Below the pieces are notes generated by a model. That model was not told where the DNA came from. It did not search any database and worked only from the letters and a program-made list of their open reading frames with translations. A program made the translations under genes and the position numbers. DNA of 30,996 nucleotides, from assembly GCA_000388065.2 (NCBI GenBank), contig KB932201.1. One strand, given 5' to 3'. Below, in pieces: positions 1 to 12,173 of this stretch. How positions within the stretch are numbered: position 1 is the first letter of the stretch; every line of letters begins with the position of its first letter. The stretch comes from Fonticula alba ATCC 38817. Lineage: Eukaryota > Protista > Nucleariida.

Positions 1-54
1 CCCGCCGATCTGGCTAGAGGACTACGGCGCACGCGTGCGCCCCAGAGTGCTCAC

Positions 55-109
55 CGGACACTCCATGATATCGCTTCCAAGTGGACGAATGCTCCTCGCG
101 CCGGAGACA
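55..109 (-). other. Possible internal exon of an unidentified minus-strand gene running off the left edge
   Basis: On the minus strand a C-rich tract ending in CCCCAG (acceptor, 112-110) is followed 55 nt later by GTGAGC (donor, 54-49). None of the three frames gives a recognisable protein. Confidence 0.2.
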
Positions 110-2519
110 CTGGGGACGGGAGGGGGGGGGGGCGGGGTTGGACCGGTAAGACACGGGAGTGCGAGGCCAACTAGGTCGGCGGCTGCCAAGGATTGCGGCC
201 GTGCCGAGGCCGTTGATCTGGCCCCCAGCGACCCTGCATCCTTTTCTCGCTCTCCTTTGTCCGCGCGTCGACGCACTTGGTGGCCTGTGCGGGCGTCTGT
301 TGCTCCATGCGTGGCCGTGTACGCCCTGGGGCACCCTGGGGCTTGCCACGGTGCGCTCGGACACTAGCCGGTCCATTGTCCAACCCCGCCCCTTGCCCAG
401 GCCCCAGCACGGGGAAAACGCCCGTGGCACACTTGTGCCCGTGACGGTTGGCCCCCGGCGGGGCGGATTTCCGATCAGGCCGATGTTGGCGCGCCAGAGC
501 GCCGGAGCCAGGCCGCCGGCATGCCCACGCCCCGTGCCATCAGAACATGCGAGTGTGACGAATCTCCATATCCTATCAGATCTTCCCCGTGCCGCTATCT
601 CCGCGCCCCTTCTGCCGGAAGCCATATCGAAAGAAGGTGCCGCAGTGCTTGTTCACCGCGGCGCCAATGCCCGCGCGCGCGCACACGCGCGCGTGCGCCC
701 CCATCCATCTCCCTCCGCCGAGGCGGCTTGGCCGCCGTCGGCCGAGTTGGCCGGAGGCAAGCGGCAAGCCATGGCCGTGGGAGCGGCTGCCCGGGCGAGG
801 GGGAGGGCAAGGGGGGTGGGGACGGCGAAGAACGGGGGCGGGGGCCGGGGCGCAGGGGGGTAGGGGCGGCCCCGCAGCCGGAGCAACACCCCCGCCCGGG
901 CGCCGATGACGACAACAGCCCCAGCCGTTCCCTGGGGTAGCGCAACGTCCCGGGGCGATGCGGAGCGCACTGTCCCGTGCGCTGACGGGGACGGCGGACT
1001 GTATCGGCCATATCGCCGTGTGGCCCCAGGCTCCCTCCGGACCCGAGGTGCAAGCGCGCCGAGTGGATTATGGGGGTGGGGCCGGAGGGGAGGGGGGGNN
1101 NNNNNNNNNNNNNNNNNNNNNNNNNNNNNNNNNNNNNNNNNNNNNNNNNNNNNNNNNNNNNNNNNNNNNNNNNNNNNNNNNNNNNNNNNNNNNNNNNNNN
1201 NNNNNNNNNNNNNNNNNNNNNNNNNNNNNNNNNNNNNNNNNNNNNNNNNNNNNNNNNNNNNNNNNNNNNNNNNNNNNNNNNNNNNNNNNNNNNNNNNNNN
1301 NNNNNNNNNNNNNNNNNNNNNNNNNNNNNNNNNNNNNNNNNNNNNNNNNNNNNNNNNNNNNNNNNNNNNNNNNNNNNNNNNNNNNNNNNNNNNNNNNNNN
1401 NNNNCCCTCCGCCCGCCCCCACCCGCTCATCCTTTGGCCTGCTGCTCCTTCTGCCTGGCCCCCAGCCGGGCCCGTGCGGCAATCTACCCCGCATTTTCAC
1501 GGAACACACTTTTGTGTAAGGTATATGTTGTGCACTGAGAAGAGAGACCCCCACATCGTCCGGCCCATTTTCCTCTTAATCATCGGCGGAGCGTCCCACG
1601 CATCCTCTCTCTCTCACCCTCTCTCTCCCTCCCCCCTCTGCCCACCTTTTTCTTCCACCGCCACCGGACAAGCTCCGCCCCTCCCGGCGAGCTTCACACA
1701 TCTGCTGCATACACCTCTCCCCTGCCCGCTGTTGTGGACTCCCACACTTAAACGCACCCTCGCACGCAAATTACGCCCTGTGCGCGTAGCTCTTCCCGCG
1801 TCCCCCCGCTCCCCCGCGCGCCCCCTGCTGTGTCGGTACGTGCACCAGCCACCGATCCGGCCCCTCCCGGCCTCCCCTCTCCCTGTCCGTTCTGCGCCTG
1901 CCCTCGCGCCTTCCCTCCCCTCCTCCCCTTCTCCGCACCCTGGCCGCACGCTGTCCGCGACTCCTCTGAGTCATAGGCCACTGTACACACTCCCAGCAGC
2001 CGTTGGTTGCGGCCCATTGGGCCCCCCTCGCCTCTTTCACTCTCCCTCGCCTGCTTGCCTCCTCCTCTCCCCTGCCCTCCGCCCCGCCTCGACCTGCTCG
2101 CCTAGCCCGGCAGCATGGCATCCTCCGCCGCCGCACCGAGGCCCCCGCGCCCCTCCACCCCCCTGGCGCTCATTTTCCCCCATTAATATGCCCCAAGCTG
2201 AATGGTTAATTTTGTCATGCTCCGAAAATCATTAACCCCGCCTGCTTGCCGTTTGCGATCGCTTTTTCCCGGTGGTCATTTGATTGTTGTGGGCTTTGTG
2301 TCATTTCGTCCCCCCTCCCCTCCCCCCCTGCCACAGAGAGAGGTGAGCGGATTCCTTAATTGCTGTTGCCTGAAGTGCGTTCCACCTACCACCCCGGCCC
2401 CCCTCCTCCTCCCTCGATCGTTGCCTCTTTTCTTCATCAAGCCGGAGCCGGTGCACATGCATAAGCATTTCTCCATGCGCATGCATGTTTTCATACACCC
2501 CCTTACAAGCACATGCACA

Positions 2520-2522
<3 letters not shown>

Positions 2523-2612
<90 letters not shown>
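2523..2612. repeat. (GT)45 microsatellite
   Basis: Uninterrupted GT dinucleotide run about 630 bp upstream of the large + strand gene. Confidence 0.97.
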
Positions 2613-2614
<2 letters not shown>

Positions 2615-3240
2615 CGCTCCCGTGTCGCGCGTCACATGCACCCCTCCGGGTCAAGCCGCCAAGAGGGCCTCTTCACAGGGGGCAGGACATTTTCCTGTGT
2701 GGTGTGCCTCGCGCCAAAGGGGCGAGGGCAAGCGTCCGTGTGTTGTGGGGAAACAAAAAAAGACACCCAACCCCGGCCCCTAAGCCACCCGCAATCCTCG
2801 CCCCATGCCCGTTCATGGCTGTGTCATGGTGTGCCCAGCTTCTAACATTCCCCTCTCCGCGCATTTGCCTGCCTGCCTGCCTGCTCGGTGCCCAAAAAAA
2901 AACAAAACAAAACAAACACCTACTCCCCCCCCCCCACGGCCCTCCCCGGCCGTGGCGCTCCTCCCGTCACATCTCCACCCACAGCCCGCCTCTCATTCCG
3001 GCGGCCTGGACCGGTGTTTCTGCCCCCCCCTGCCCCCAGACCGCCGGCATTTGGCCTGTCCCCATTCTCCCCCCCCCTCCCCGTGGCCTTCTCACTCCGA
3101 CGCGGAACTCTCGAGTCCGTGCGTGAATCGCCACTTGTGGTCGGGCCCGGGCCGATCCCCACCACCACCCCCCTTCCTGCCACACAATGGGACGTCTCCC
3201 CCCTAGGACGCTCCCAGGCAGTCTGCCCGGGGCCGGCACC

Positions 3241-6200
3241 ATGATGAGTGCCGACCCTCGGGCGGACGCCCACGAGGGGAGCCACCTGGCGGTAGCAGAG
3301 GCTCCGGCACCCCGGTCGATGGACCGGCGCCGGCGCCGGACGCCCGCCCCCGGTGCCTCTTCCCCCGTCTCGGTGCTGTCCAGCCTCCCCCTGAAGCTGG
3401 CCATCCTCGCCCTTGTGACGCTGCTGAGCGTTATTTTCGTGACCCCCAGCGGCAGCGGCCTTGTGGCCGCCGCCCGCCATGGTGCCGGTGCCACCCATGC
3501 CACCAGTGACATCCAGTTCGACATTGCCCCATCGGCCAAGCAGCAGCCCGCCATCCTGCCGGAGGAGGAGGACGGGCCGGCGGCCGGCCTGCCGTCCATC
3601 GACCTGTCCGCCCCGAGCATCGCCGGGGTTCGGTTCGCCCGGCCGACCTTCTCCGCCCAGGAGGATGCCGGCCATATCATGATCACCTTCCTGCGCCAGG
3701 CTGTCGATGCCCAGCCTCTTGACAGCCAAGTCGTGTATCTGTCCATTGCCGAGGATACCGCCGTCGAGAGCTTCGACTATGAGTCGCCCTCGGATCTGGT
3801 GCGTTCGTGTGGTGCCGAGCGCATGCCCCGGCCTCTGGGGCTCTTTCCGCCCCCCCCCCCCCCAGCAGGCCCCTCTTGTGCGAGGGTGCTGCCGGGACAT
3901 GCTTGCTTCCTGCGCGCCTCGCCCTTTTGCCGCCCTTGGGCGGGGCTTTTTTGTCCCTGTCCGCCTCTTCGGCCCGGTCCCGCCCCTCGCGCGCGCGCCC
4001 CCTCCTGGTGGCCCTGCCTCGTGCACCAAATGCCCAAGGAGGCGGGCCGCCACGGGACGAGACACCGGCGACAGCACCGAGCGCGCGCGCGCGGAGGCCC
4101 CTCCGGACCACCCCCCCCCGTACAACACCCCCGTGACTGACCAGCCACATTCCCCCCCCCCTCCCCCACACACACATAGGCCGTTCGCTTTGGCAAGGGC
4201 GAAGTGGTGGCCATGAAGCGCATTCGCCTCTTCGACAACTATTGGCCCGATGGCACGCGCCGGGCCATCCTCCGTCTGTCCTCCAGCGAGGCGGGCCATG
4301 CCCTCGGGGATGCCGACGTGTCGGCCATCCTGGAGATCACGGACGACGAGCCGGCCGAGGCGGTGGCCCCGGCCTCAGGGATGGCCGGTGACGCGGCCGG
4401 TGGCCGGCGCCACGGGCCGCGCGACCTGGAGGCCGAGGCCGAGGAGGCCTCGCCGTACATCCGGTTCTTCGGCCGGGCCGTGGCCACGCCGACCCTGGTG
4501 ACCACCGAGGAGCCGACCACCACCAGCACCACGACCACCGAAACGGCCACCTCCACGCCGACCCCGACGCCGACCGTCACCCCGACCGAGGCCCCGTGCG
4601 AGCGCGGCTGCGATGGCGAGTGCGACTCCGGTGCCGTGGTCGACCGGTGTGGTGTCTGCCGCAAGATCGATCCCAACCAGCCGTCGGACGGCCCGTCACC
4701 GGTGGAGGATTGCGCCGGGATTTGCTACGGCCAGGCCTTCATCAATGAGTGTGGCATTTGCGTGGCCGGGTCCACCCAGAAGGACCCCTCGGCCGGGAAG
4801 GACCAGTGCGGCGTGTGCGGCGGCGATGACACCAGCTGCGTCGGCTGCGATGGGGTGCCCAACTCCGGAGTGGAGAATGACGCCTGCGGCGTGTGCGGCG
4901 GCGACAACTCCACCTGCATCATCCTGCTGGAGATCGACCCCGACGTCGGGCCCAATGCCCCGGAGCAGCCGGTGCAGCTGATCGGCGGTGGGTTCACCGA
5001 GCCCGGCACCGACAAGCCGCGGGAGCTGTACTGCCGCGTGCAGGACAACAAGCAGGCCCGCATCCCGGTGCGGGTCATCAGCAACACTCGCGGTGAGTGC
5101 ATCCTGGACTCCTTCACCTCCACCGGGCCCAAGGACTTCGAGCTCATTTGGGTGGAGAACCCCGGCGACCCGGGGGTGGCCGTGCCCAACAAGCTGGTGT
5201 ACACGGTGCTCGAGCAACTGCCCTCGATCGTCCTGGACCAAGTGGTCAAGGTGTACATCGACCGCACCGACCAGCGGATTCTCGTCAACGGCACGAACTT
5301 CTTCGACCCGGACACCCTGCCCGGGGGGAATGGCGGCCATCTGATCTCCTGCCGGTATTCCTACGACGGGGAGGCCGGCATGGAGCGCGTGTCCTATGCC
5401 CGGTACATCAGCTCCAAGCAGATTGAATGCCCGGTGCCGGTGTCCAGCGTGTCGCAGGATGCCTGGCTCACGATCGGCTTCTCCGGCCGCCCTGGCGGGC
5501 CCTGGTCCACGGTCAAGGTGTGGGTCAAGTACTACCAGGTGGCCCCGGTGGCCGAGCTGGCCCGGTTGGATTCCACCGGGTCCCTGCTGCTGGTGTACTT
5601 CAATGTGCCGGTCACCACCCCGATGAATGGCCCAGGGCTGGACTCCGGGCCCGGGGCCGGGACCTTCAAGTGCCAGACCTTCTTCCCGGCCCGGACTGCC
5701 GAGCTCTTTGGCTCCGGGGCCAAGTGCACGGTGCGCTCCGGCTCGCGCGTGGTCGAGGTGGCCCTCGGCCAGAACCCGGCCATTCGCACCGGGGTCACCA
5801 TGATCCTCTTCGAGCGGGAGACCATCTACGAATTGGCCCGCCAGTATTGCGACCCGTTGGACAATGATCTGTTGGTGGACACGGACACCCCGCCGCCGGT
5901 GCCGGTGGCCGTGATCACCGCCCCGGAAGAGGCGTCCACCTGCGGCGCGGTGCACATCCACGGCCGGGCGTCCTACGGCAACACCGGTGGCCAGGCCCTG
6001 CGCTTCCATTGGACCTTCAGCCCGCCGCTGCCGGCCGGCTCCTACACCACCAACAACGGGGCTTCGCTCGACTCGCTGACCGTCACCGACATTCACATCA
6101 AGAAGGATGTCTTCGCCAATGGGGCGGTCTTGCGCATCACCCTCAAGGTGTCCAACTATGTGGCCGAGTCCCTGGTGGCCGAGCACACCATCCGCTTTGT

Positions 6201-9200
6201 CAACAGCCCGGTGCCCAGCATCACCGTGCGCGGCATCAACCCCCGGCGGGTGAACATCGACGAGGAGACCGTCATCGCCATGGATGCCACCCCCTCCGAG
6301 TGCGATGCCACCGACACGGCCCTCTCCTTCGAGTGGACCCTCACCCCGGAGGACTTCCAGAATGGCCATTCCCTGTCGGAGCTGGTCCTCACCGGGCCGA
6401 CATTGGTCATCCCGCCGAACTTCCTCCAGCCATACACCCAGTACACGGCCACCCTGCGGGCCACCTCCGACAAGTCCAAGGCCACCAGCAGCCACGGGGT
6501 CATCCTCAACACCCTCCCCCCGTCGCTGAATGTCCGTCTGCTGGGCGGCGACCGCCGGACCATCGGGTCGTACTCCGATCTGCACCTGTACTACACCATC
6601 GCCGATTATGCCCGGCTGGAGGGCCGCGAAGTGACCATCGAGCTGCGCTGCACCAACGAGCTGAATGGCGCCCTCTGCCCGGTGACCGATGGCTTTGGTG
6701 GCTTCACCACGCTGTCCTTTGCCCCGCAATCGGTCACCCTGGACCCGGCGCTGGAGTCCAACCGCTTTGTGCGGGTGGTGCCGGCCGGGCAGCTGGTTGT
6801 CTCGGAGAAGCTGCGCTATCGCTTTGAGCTGCGCGTCACCGACAACCTGACCGGCGAGCTGAAGACCGATGTGGCGGTGATCGTGCCGCGCGCCGGTGTG
6901 CAGCCCTTCGTCCTGCTGGACACCGAGCGCAAGATCGGCGCCCGCCATGACTGGCCGCTGGCCATCACCGTGGCTTCCAGCCGGTCGACCGCCTATGCCC
7001 AGCTCAATTACACCTGGTCCTGCGTGCATGAGACCACCGACCAGGAGCTGGCCCAGCTCCTGCGCGACATCGATCGCCACAGCGAGCTGCACCTGGAGTG
7101 GGTGGACATCAATGACCCGGCCATCCACTCGGGCCCGATCAATGGCGATACCCTGATCCTGGAGCCCTTCACCCTGCGGCCCAATGCTCGGTATGCCTTC
7201 CGCCTGGATGTGGTCGAGCCGCAAACCAACAAGCGTGCCCATTCGATTGTCATTGTCCGGACGTCGCCGGCCCCGGTGGGCGGGTCCATCAGCGTCACGC
7301 CGGCCGTCGGGGCCCGGGCCGCTTTCGACCTGGTGCAGGTGGCCATGACCGGCTGGACCACCACCACGGACCAGCTGCCCTTGTCCTACCGCGTGGAGCT
7401 CCGGTACCCGGATGGCCGGACCCTGCAGGTGCCGACCGATGGCCCGGGCTCGGCGCTGGCCTTCCTGGCCGATCCCGGCAACCGGTCGCGCTCGGTCACC
7501 GTGCGCGGCGTGGTCACCCAGCGCAATGGCGTGTCGTCGGTGGTGCAAACCGACGTCGTGGTGGACAGCTGCGTGGTCCGGACCAACAGCGAGCTCGAGG
7601 AGCTGCGCGACATCTACCGGACGCGCTCGGCGCAGATGGTCCAGCGTGGCCAATGGGAACGCCTGATGGCCTGGACCTCGGTGGTCAGCAGCTGCCTGGA
7701 TGCCACGGAGAAGTTGGCTCGGTCCCAGGCGGCGGCCATTGCCAGTGCCAGTGCCGCGCGCCGGGTGGTTGAGCAGGCGGCGACGCCGGCCACCGGCGGC
7801 GGCCCGGAGGCGGCCACCACCCACATCCCGGATGAGGTGCTGGCTCGGCGTGGGCGCCGGTCGGAGGTCGGGGAGGCCCTTGCCGCGGCCGACACCGCGG
7901 CCCGGCTGGCCACCGCCGAATCGGCCGCCGGCATCGACACCACCGGCATGAACTCCGCCGAGGTGGAGGCCCTGGACTCGGCCCTGGTGCTGGCCAACTC
8001 GGCCAAGCTCCTGCTGGCGGATGTGGTGGTCACCTATGACGACAGTTTGAACTTCGCCCCGAGCTCCTTCGAGCGTGCCCAGGCGGCCATGTGCCAGATT
8101 GACACGGTGTCCCGGACTTCGCGCGGCCTGTCCCAGGACATGGTCGGGCGTCTGGTCACCCGGATGACCGAGCAAACGCGCCTGGTGGAGTCGTACTACC
8201 AGGCGCCGGTGCGCCGGGCCACGTCGGCCGCCGGCGGATCGGGCGCGGCCACCACCCCCCCGGGCGGCAGCAACAACGCCGCCCCCGGGCCCGCCACCCT
8301 GGCCCGGGTCCACCCGAATGTCATGGTTTCCGATGACTTCATGAACTGCCTGGCCCGCTCGGGCGGCCGGCTGCTGACGGTCACCAACTCCACCTCCACC
8401 TCGGAGAGCCTGCTGCAAACGACGTCGGCCATTCGCCGGGCCCAGCACATGTATGCCCGGCGCCTGGCGTGCAACCAGGAGCCGGCCACCTTCCCCTCGA
8501 TCTCGGCCGATGAGGATGACCTCGGGGCCGAGGCCGTGCAGATGACCGTGGTTCGCAGCCCCCTGAAGGGCAGCGACTCGCTGATGCCGAGCTTCACCTT
8601 CCCCCAGGGCTTCGGCGTGGAGGGGGTCAATTGCTTCTGCGGCTTCCAGGCCACCCTGGATCGGGATGCCTATGCCAGCGTGCCGCTGCCGATCGGCGCC
8701 ATGGCGGCCGGATCGCGCGAAACCTTCGGCGCCCGCGTGCGCCGTCACCTGCTGCTGCAGTCGCGCTCCCTTTCCTCGGCAATGGCCCCCGGCGATGGCG
8801 CCCATGATGACCACCGGGGGGCCCGGACGGCGTCGGTGGCTGCCGATGCGGCCGGCCTCATGGCCGGGCTGGTGGATCTCGGAGCGCACTCGCTGCGCTC
8901 GGCCACCCACCAGGCCCTGGGCTACTTCGAGGAGGCGGCGCACCAGGTTCGCCGGCTGCGGTCCCTGCGCTCGGCCACGCCCGACACCGAGGGGGCCGTC
9001 GCCGCGGCCGACACGGCGGCGTCCACCACCGCCGCGTCGTCGACGATGGCCAGCTCGGCCGCGGCCGTGGGCGGTGGCGGCGGCTCCGACGCCGGGTCCT
9101 ATCACCTGGCCACGGCCATCCACTCGGCCGAGCTGTATGACTGCTCGACCCCGTCGGCCATCGGCGAGCCGGACACCTTCGGCCAGACGCCGATCACCTC

Positions 9201-10071
9201 CTTCGGCGGGCAGGTGGTGCAGGTGGGCTTCGAGTTCGACCCGGCCGACCCGGTGGACATCGGGTCCGTCGTGTGCGCCTACCTCAACCACACCACCTAC
9301 AAGTGGGACTCCAGCCAGGTGTTTGTGCTGGAGGCCACCCCGGTGTCGGTCACCTGCGGGGCCCAGCACTTCACCGAGTTCGCGGTCCTCCAGCGGGCCA
9401 CCGCGTCCGAGGTCTTCACCCCGGACCTCGGGGACCTGTTCCCGGCCTGGGCCATTGCCCTGATTGTGGTCAGCGCCCTGGTGGTGCTGTCGGCCCTGGT
9501 CATCGGCATGTATGTGGTCCACCGCCGGCGCCAGCTGGCTGCCGTGCCGCCGACTCCCTCCGAGCCGGGCAGCCGCGTGGTCGACTACAGCACCATGGCC
9601 GATGGCCAGGGACAGGGTCTGGGCGCGCCGCCGGCCTTCAAGCCGGATGGCAGTGCCTACCCGCCGGGCTCGACCGCCGGGCCATCGACCGCCGGCACGC
9701 CGCTCTCGCCCGACCACATGGTCCGCCGGCCGCCGGCATACGTCCTGCCGCCGTCGTACGCGGACTTCGTGGCCGTCGGCTACCAGGGCCCGGGATCCGG
9801 AGGCTCGTCCTTCGGGCCGAGCCCCACCTCGGCGGCCGCCGGTGTCGGCGCGCCCGGGGTCAACGGCACCCCGCTCTACCCGAACCTGAATGCTCGCTAT
9901 CAGGGAGGCGCCGAGTACAGCTCCAACAGCTTCGAGGACTTTGTCTCGGACGAGGACGCCTACGACGACGAGAACTACGAGGATTACGAAGACGAGCGCG
10001 ACTACCACGACGACGACGACATCTACGACGACGACGACGACTTCGAGTCGGACGGCGGGATGTCCGAGTGA
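3241..10071 (+). CDS. Large adhesion-receptor-like membrane protein, about 2149 aa (polycystin-1/adhesion-GPCR-like ectodomain, single C-terminal TM); exons 3241-3798 and 4180-10071
   Basis: The phase-0 intron 3799-4179 (GTGCGT...CATAG) joins DYESPSDL|AVRFGKGE and rebuilds a Calx-beta-like domain (VRFARPTFSAQEDAG...AILEITDDE). Other elements: hydrophobic signal/anchor LAILALVTLLSVIFV (3397-3441); Thr/Pro stalk (~4495-4590); Cys repeats DxCGVCGGDxxxC (~4597-4917); IPT/TIG-like repeats (~4920-5540); PKD/REJ-like beta region (~5900-7560); GPS motif C..W...TCGAQHF/TEFAVL (9274-9390); TM 9448-9519 followed by HRRR; PPAY/PPSY; D/E/Y-rich C-terminus. Strong G/C third-position bias. An alternative start is ATG 3319 (MDRRRRR). 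Confidence 0.9.
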
Positions 10072-10077
10072 GCGTGC

Positions 10078-10780
10078 GCGCGCGCGTGCGTGATAATCGA
10101 GTCACGACGAAGACGACGACGAAGACGACGACCAAGACGAATGAGCATGTATGTGTGTGTGTGTGTGTGTGTGTTTATAAGTGTGTGTATGTGTGTGCGT
10201 GTGCGTGTGCGTCTGCTCGTGAGGGTGTGTGCGAGGGGCACCAGGAGACACAGCGTGTGTGTGTGTGTGTGTGAGTCTAAAGAAGAGGGACACGGAGAGA
10301 GGCGCAGGCGAGTGCTCTTGCGTGTGTGCACTTGCTTTGCGCGCCTCTCGCGCGCTCTTCGGCCTCGCTCCTCCGTCTTCCCGCCCGGGATCGCGTCATG
10401 CTTCCATTCTCTTGGCCACCCCCGCGCCTCTCCCTGCCCTGGGAGGCGGTGTGGGGGGGTGAGGCCAGGGAGCGAGGCGTGGCGACAGAGAAGCGCGCAC
10501 GTGAAGGCAAGTCTGTGCCTCCGCATGGGCCCCCGCATGTGTCGTCTCTCCTTCGCGCGAGCGCTTGTGGAGGTGAAAGCACGAGTGTGCGAGGCATGTG
10601 TGTGTATGTGTGTGTGTGTGCGTGTGTGCGAGCGTGTGTGTGCGCGTGTGCTCGTGATGAGGAAAGTGGTTGCGTGTCTTACTCGCCTCTCTCTCTCTCT
10701 CTCGTTCGCTCGCTCGCTCGCTCGCGCGTGTGCGCGCGTACGCGCACTCACGCACACACGCACGCCTAAACACACACAGG
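10078..10780. repeat. Cluster of simple repeats (GAC/GAA, GT, CT, CGCT) in the probable 3' UTR/intergenic region
   Basis: GACGAC(GAA) runs at ~10105-10140, several (GT)n runs at 10152-10275 and 10597-10645, and (CT)n/(CGCT)n at ~10688-10725. Confidence 0.85.
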
Positions 10781-12173
10781 TGTGACTAAGAGCGACGGAT
10801 GAGCCGCCAAGAGAGAGCGGTCCGGCAAAAAAAGGAGGGCCGATGCGTGTCGTCCTCACGTCGTCGTTCACCACACGGCGCGAGGAAAGAGAGGGACCGT
10901 GAGAGGATGATTCACCTGGAAAAAGAGAACGTCCTTGGCCACATTGGCGTGTCCTCCCCCCTTCCCCCTCCCCCCTCCCCCCGACGGCGCCCCGCCGTGT
11001 GTGCAAGGGCGTGCGGAAGCATCCAGCTCTGTCACGCTGTGTGTGGGCGCCAAAGGGGCGCGATGGAGGAGGGACGACCGGGGCAGCACACAGGGACGAG
11101 AGCAAGCACGCGGCGCAGCGCGAAGCAGAGCAACGGCGCGCGGCAGAGAGAGGCGTTGGCGGCGTTGTGTGCGAGCGCAAGCATGTGTCATCAGCACATT
11201 GTACCATAGTCTGCTCGCATCGCCCCGCGCCATCACGCAGGGTGTTCGCACCTTCTTCCGCACCCCGTCGTCTCTCCCCCCTGTGTTTGTCCCTCCCCGG
11301 GCCTGCCTGTCCCTGTCACCGCGTCCCCCGCTCTCCTGCCCATGCTCCCGGGTGCTTCCTCCGCTCCTGGCTGCGATGCCGCCCGCTCCCGCACCTCCCT
11401 TCTTCACACGACGTGTCCCCTTCTACGCCATATCCAGTCGCACACATCCATGCACGTTTGCTTCGCNNNNNNNNNNCCCGGGGGCGGGGGGCGCGGCGCG
11501 GAGGCCCGCGACCGCCAGCATGTGGCCCGCCCGGGTGGCGCGGCCCGAGGGGGCGGCCGCCGCGACGCGGCATTGGTCCCCCCAACCCGGGGGGGGGGGG
11601 GGCCGCCGAGGGCGACGCATTAGACCGCGCCCCTGGTCCGGGGAAAACGCGGGGCGCGCGATCGGTGGACCGGGCTGCCGGGCCCCGGGCGGGCGCATTC
11701 TTCCGCGCAAACACCCCCCCCCCCCCCGCGGCCGCGAAACATATGAGCTGATTGGGCAGCGCCGCGGGCGGGCACGAACGCATCCGCCGGCCCCCGTTGT
11801 GTCGGACGACCGGGTCGCCCTTGGGCGCGTTGCTCCGGCGGGCGGGCGCGGCTCGTCGACGTGCGCGTGTGCATGTGTGTGTGTGTCGGTGCGTGGGGGC
11901 GCCGGTCTATTTGCATGTCGGTCTTCTGGGTGGTCGGGGGGGGGGGACGTGGCCACGCGTGCGCGCGGCTACACATTCGGGGCGCGCCCCTCGCCTCGGT
12001 CGACGCGGCTGGGGGACGAAATGTTGCCCAGCCCCTCGCGAAGGCCGCGAGGGGGGGATATCCCCGGAAAGGGGCTGCCCCTTCCAGGTGGGGCGCTCGC
12101 CGGGCTTCTGCGCGCCCACAGACACACCCAGTCACACGCGGCCCGAGGCGAGCCATGTGAATGGGCAGGGGGG

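Noticed and set aside
159-1098. Several ORFs and splice-like signals at the left end (e.g. 159-863, 576-767, 906-1098)
   Set aside because: No consistent exon chain or recognisable protein could be built, and the region is cut by the window edge and a 306-N gap.
2196-2239. GGTTAAT...ATTAACC short inverted repeat upstream of the receptor gene
   Set aside because: Only a 7-bp stem; not distinguishable from chance without conservation data.
4696-10008. 1770-aa antisense ORF overlapping the receptor gene
   Set aside because: Shadow ORF. Strong G/C third-position bias of the sense gene depletes stops on the opposite strand, and the translation has no domain signal.
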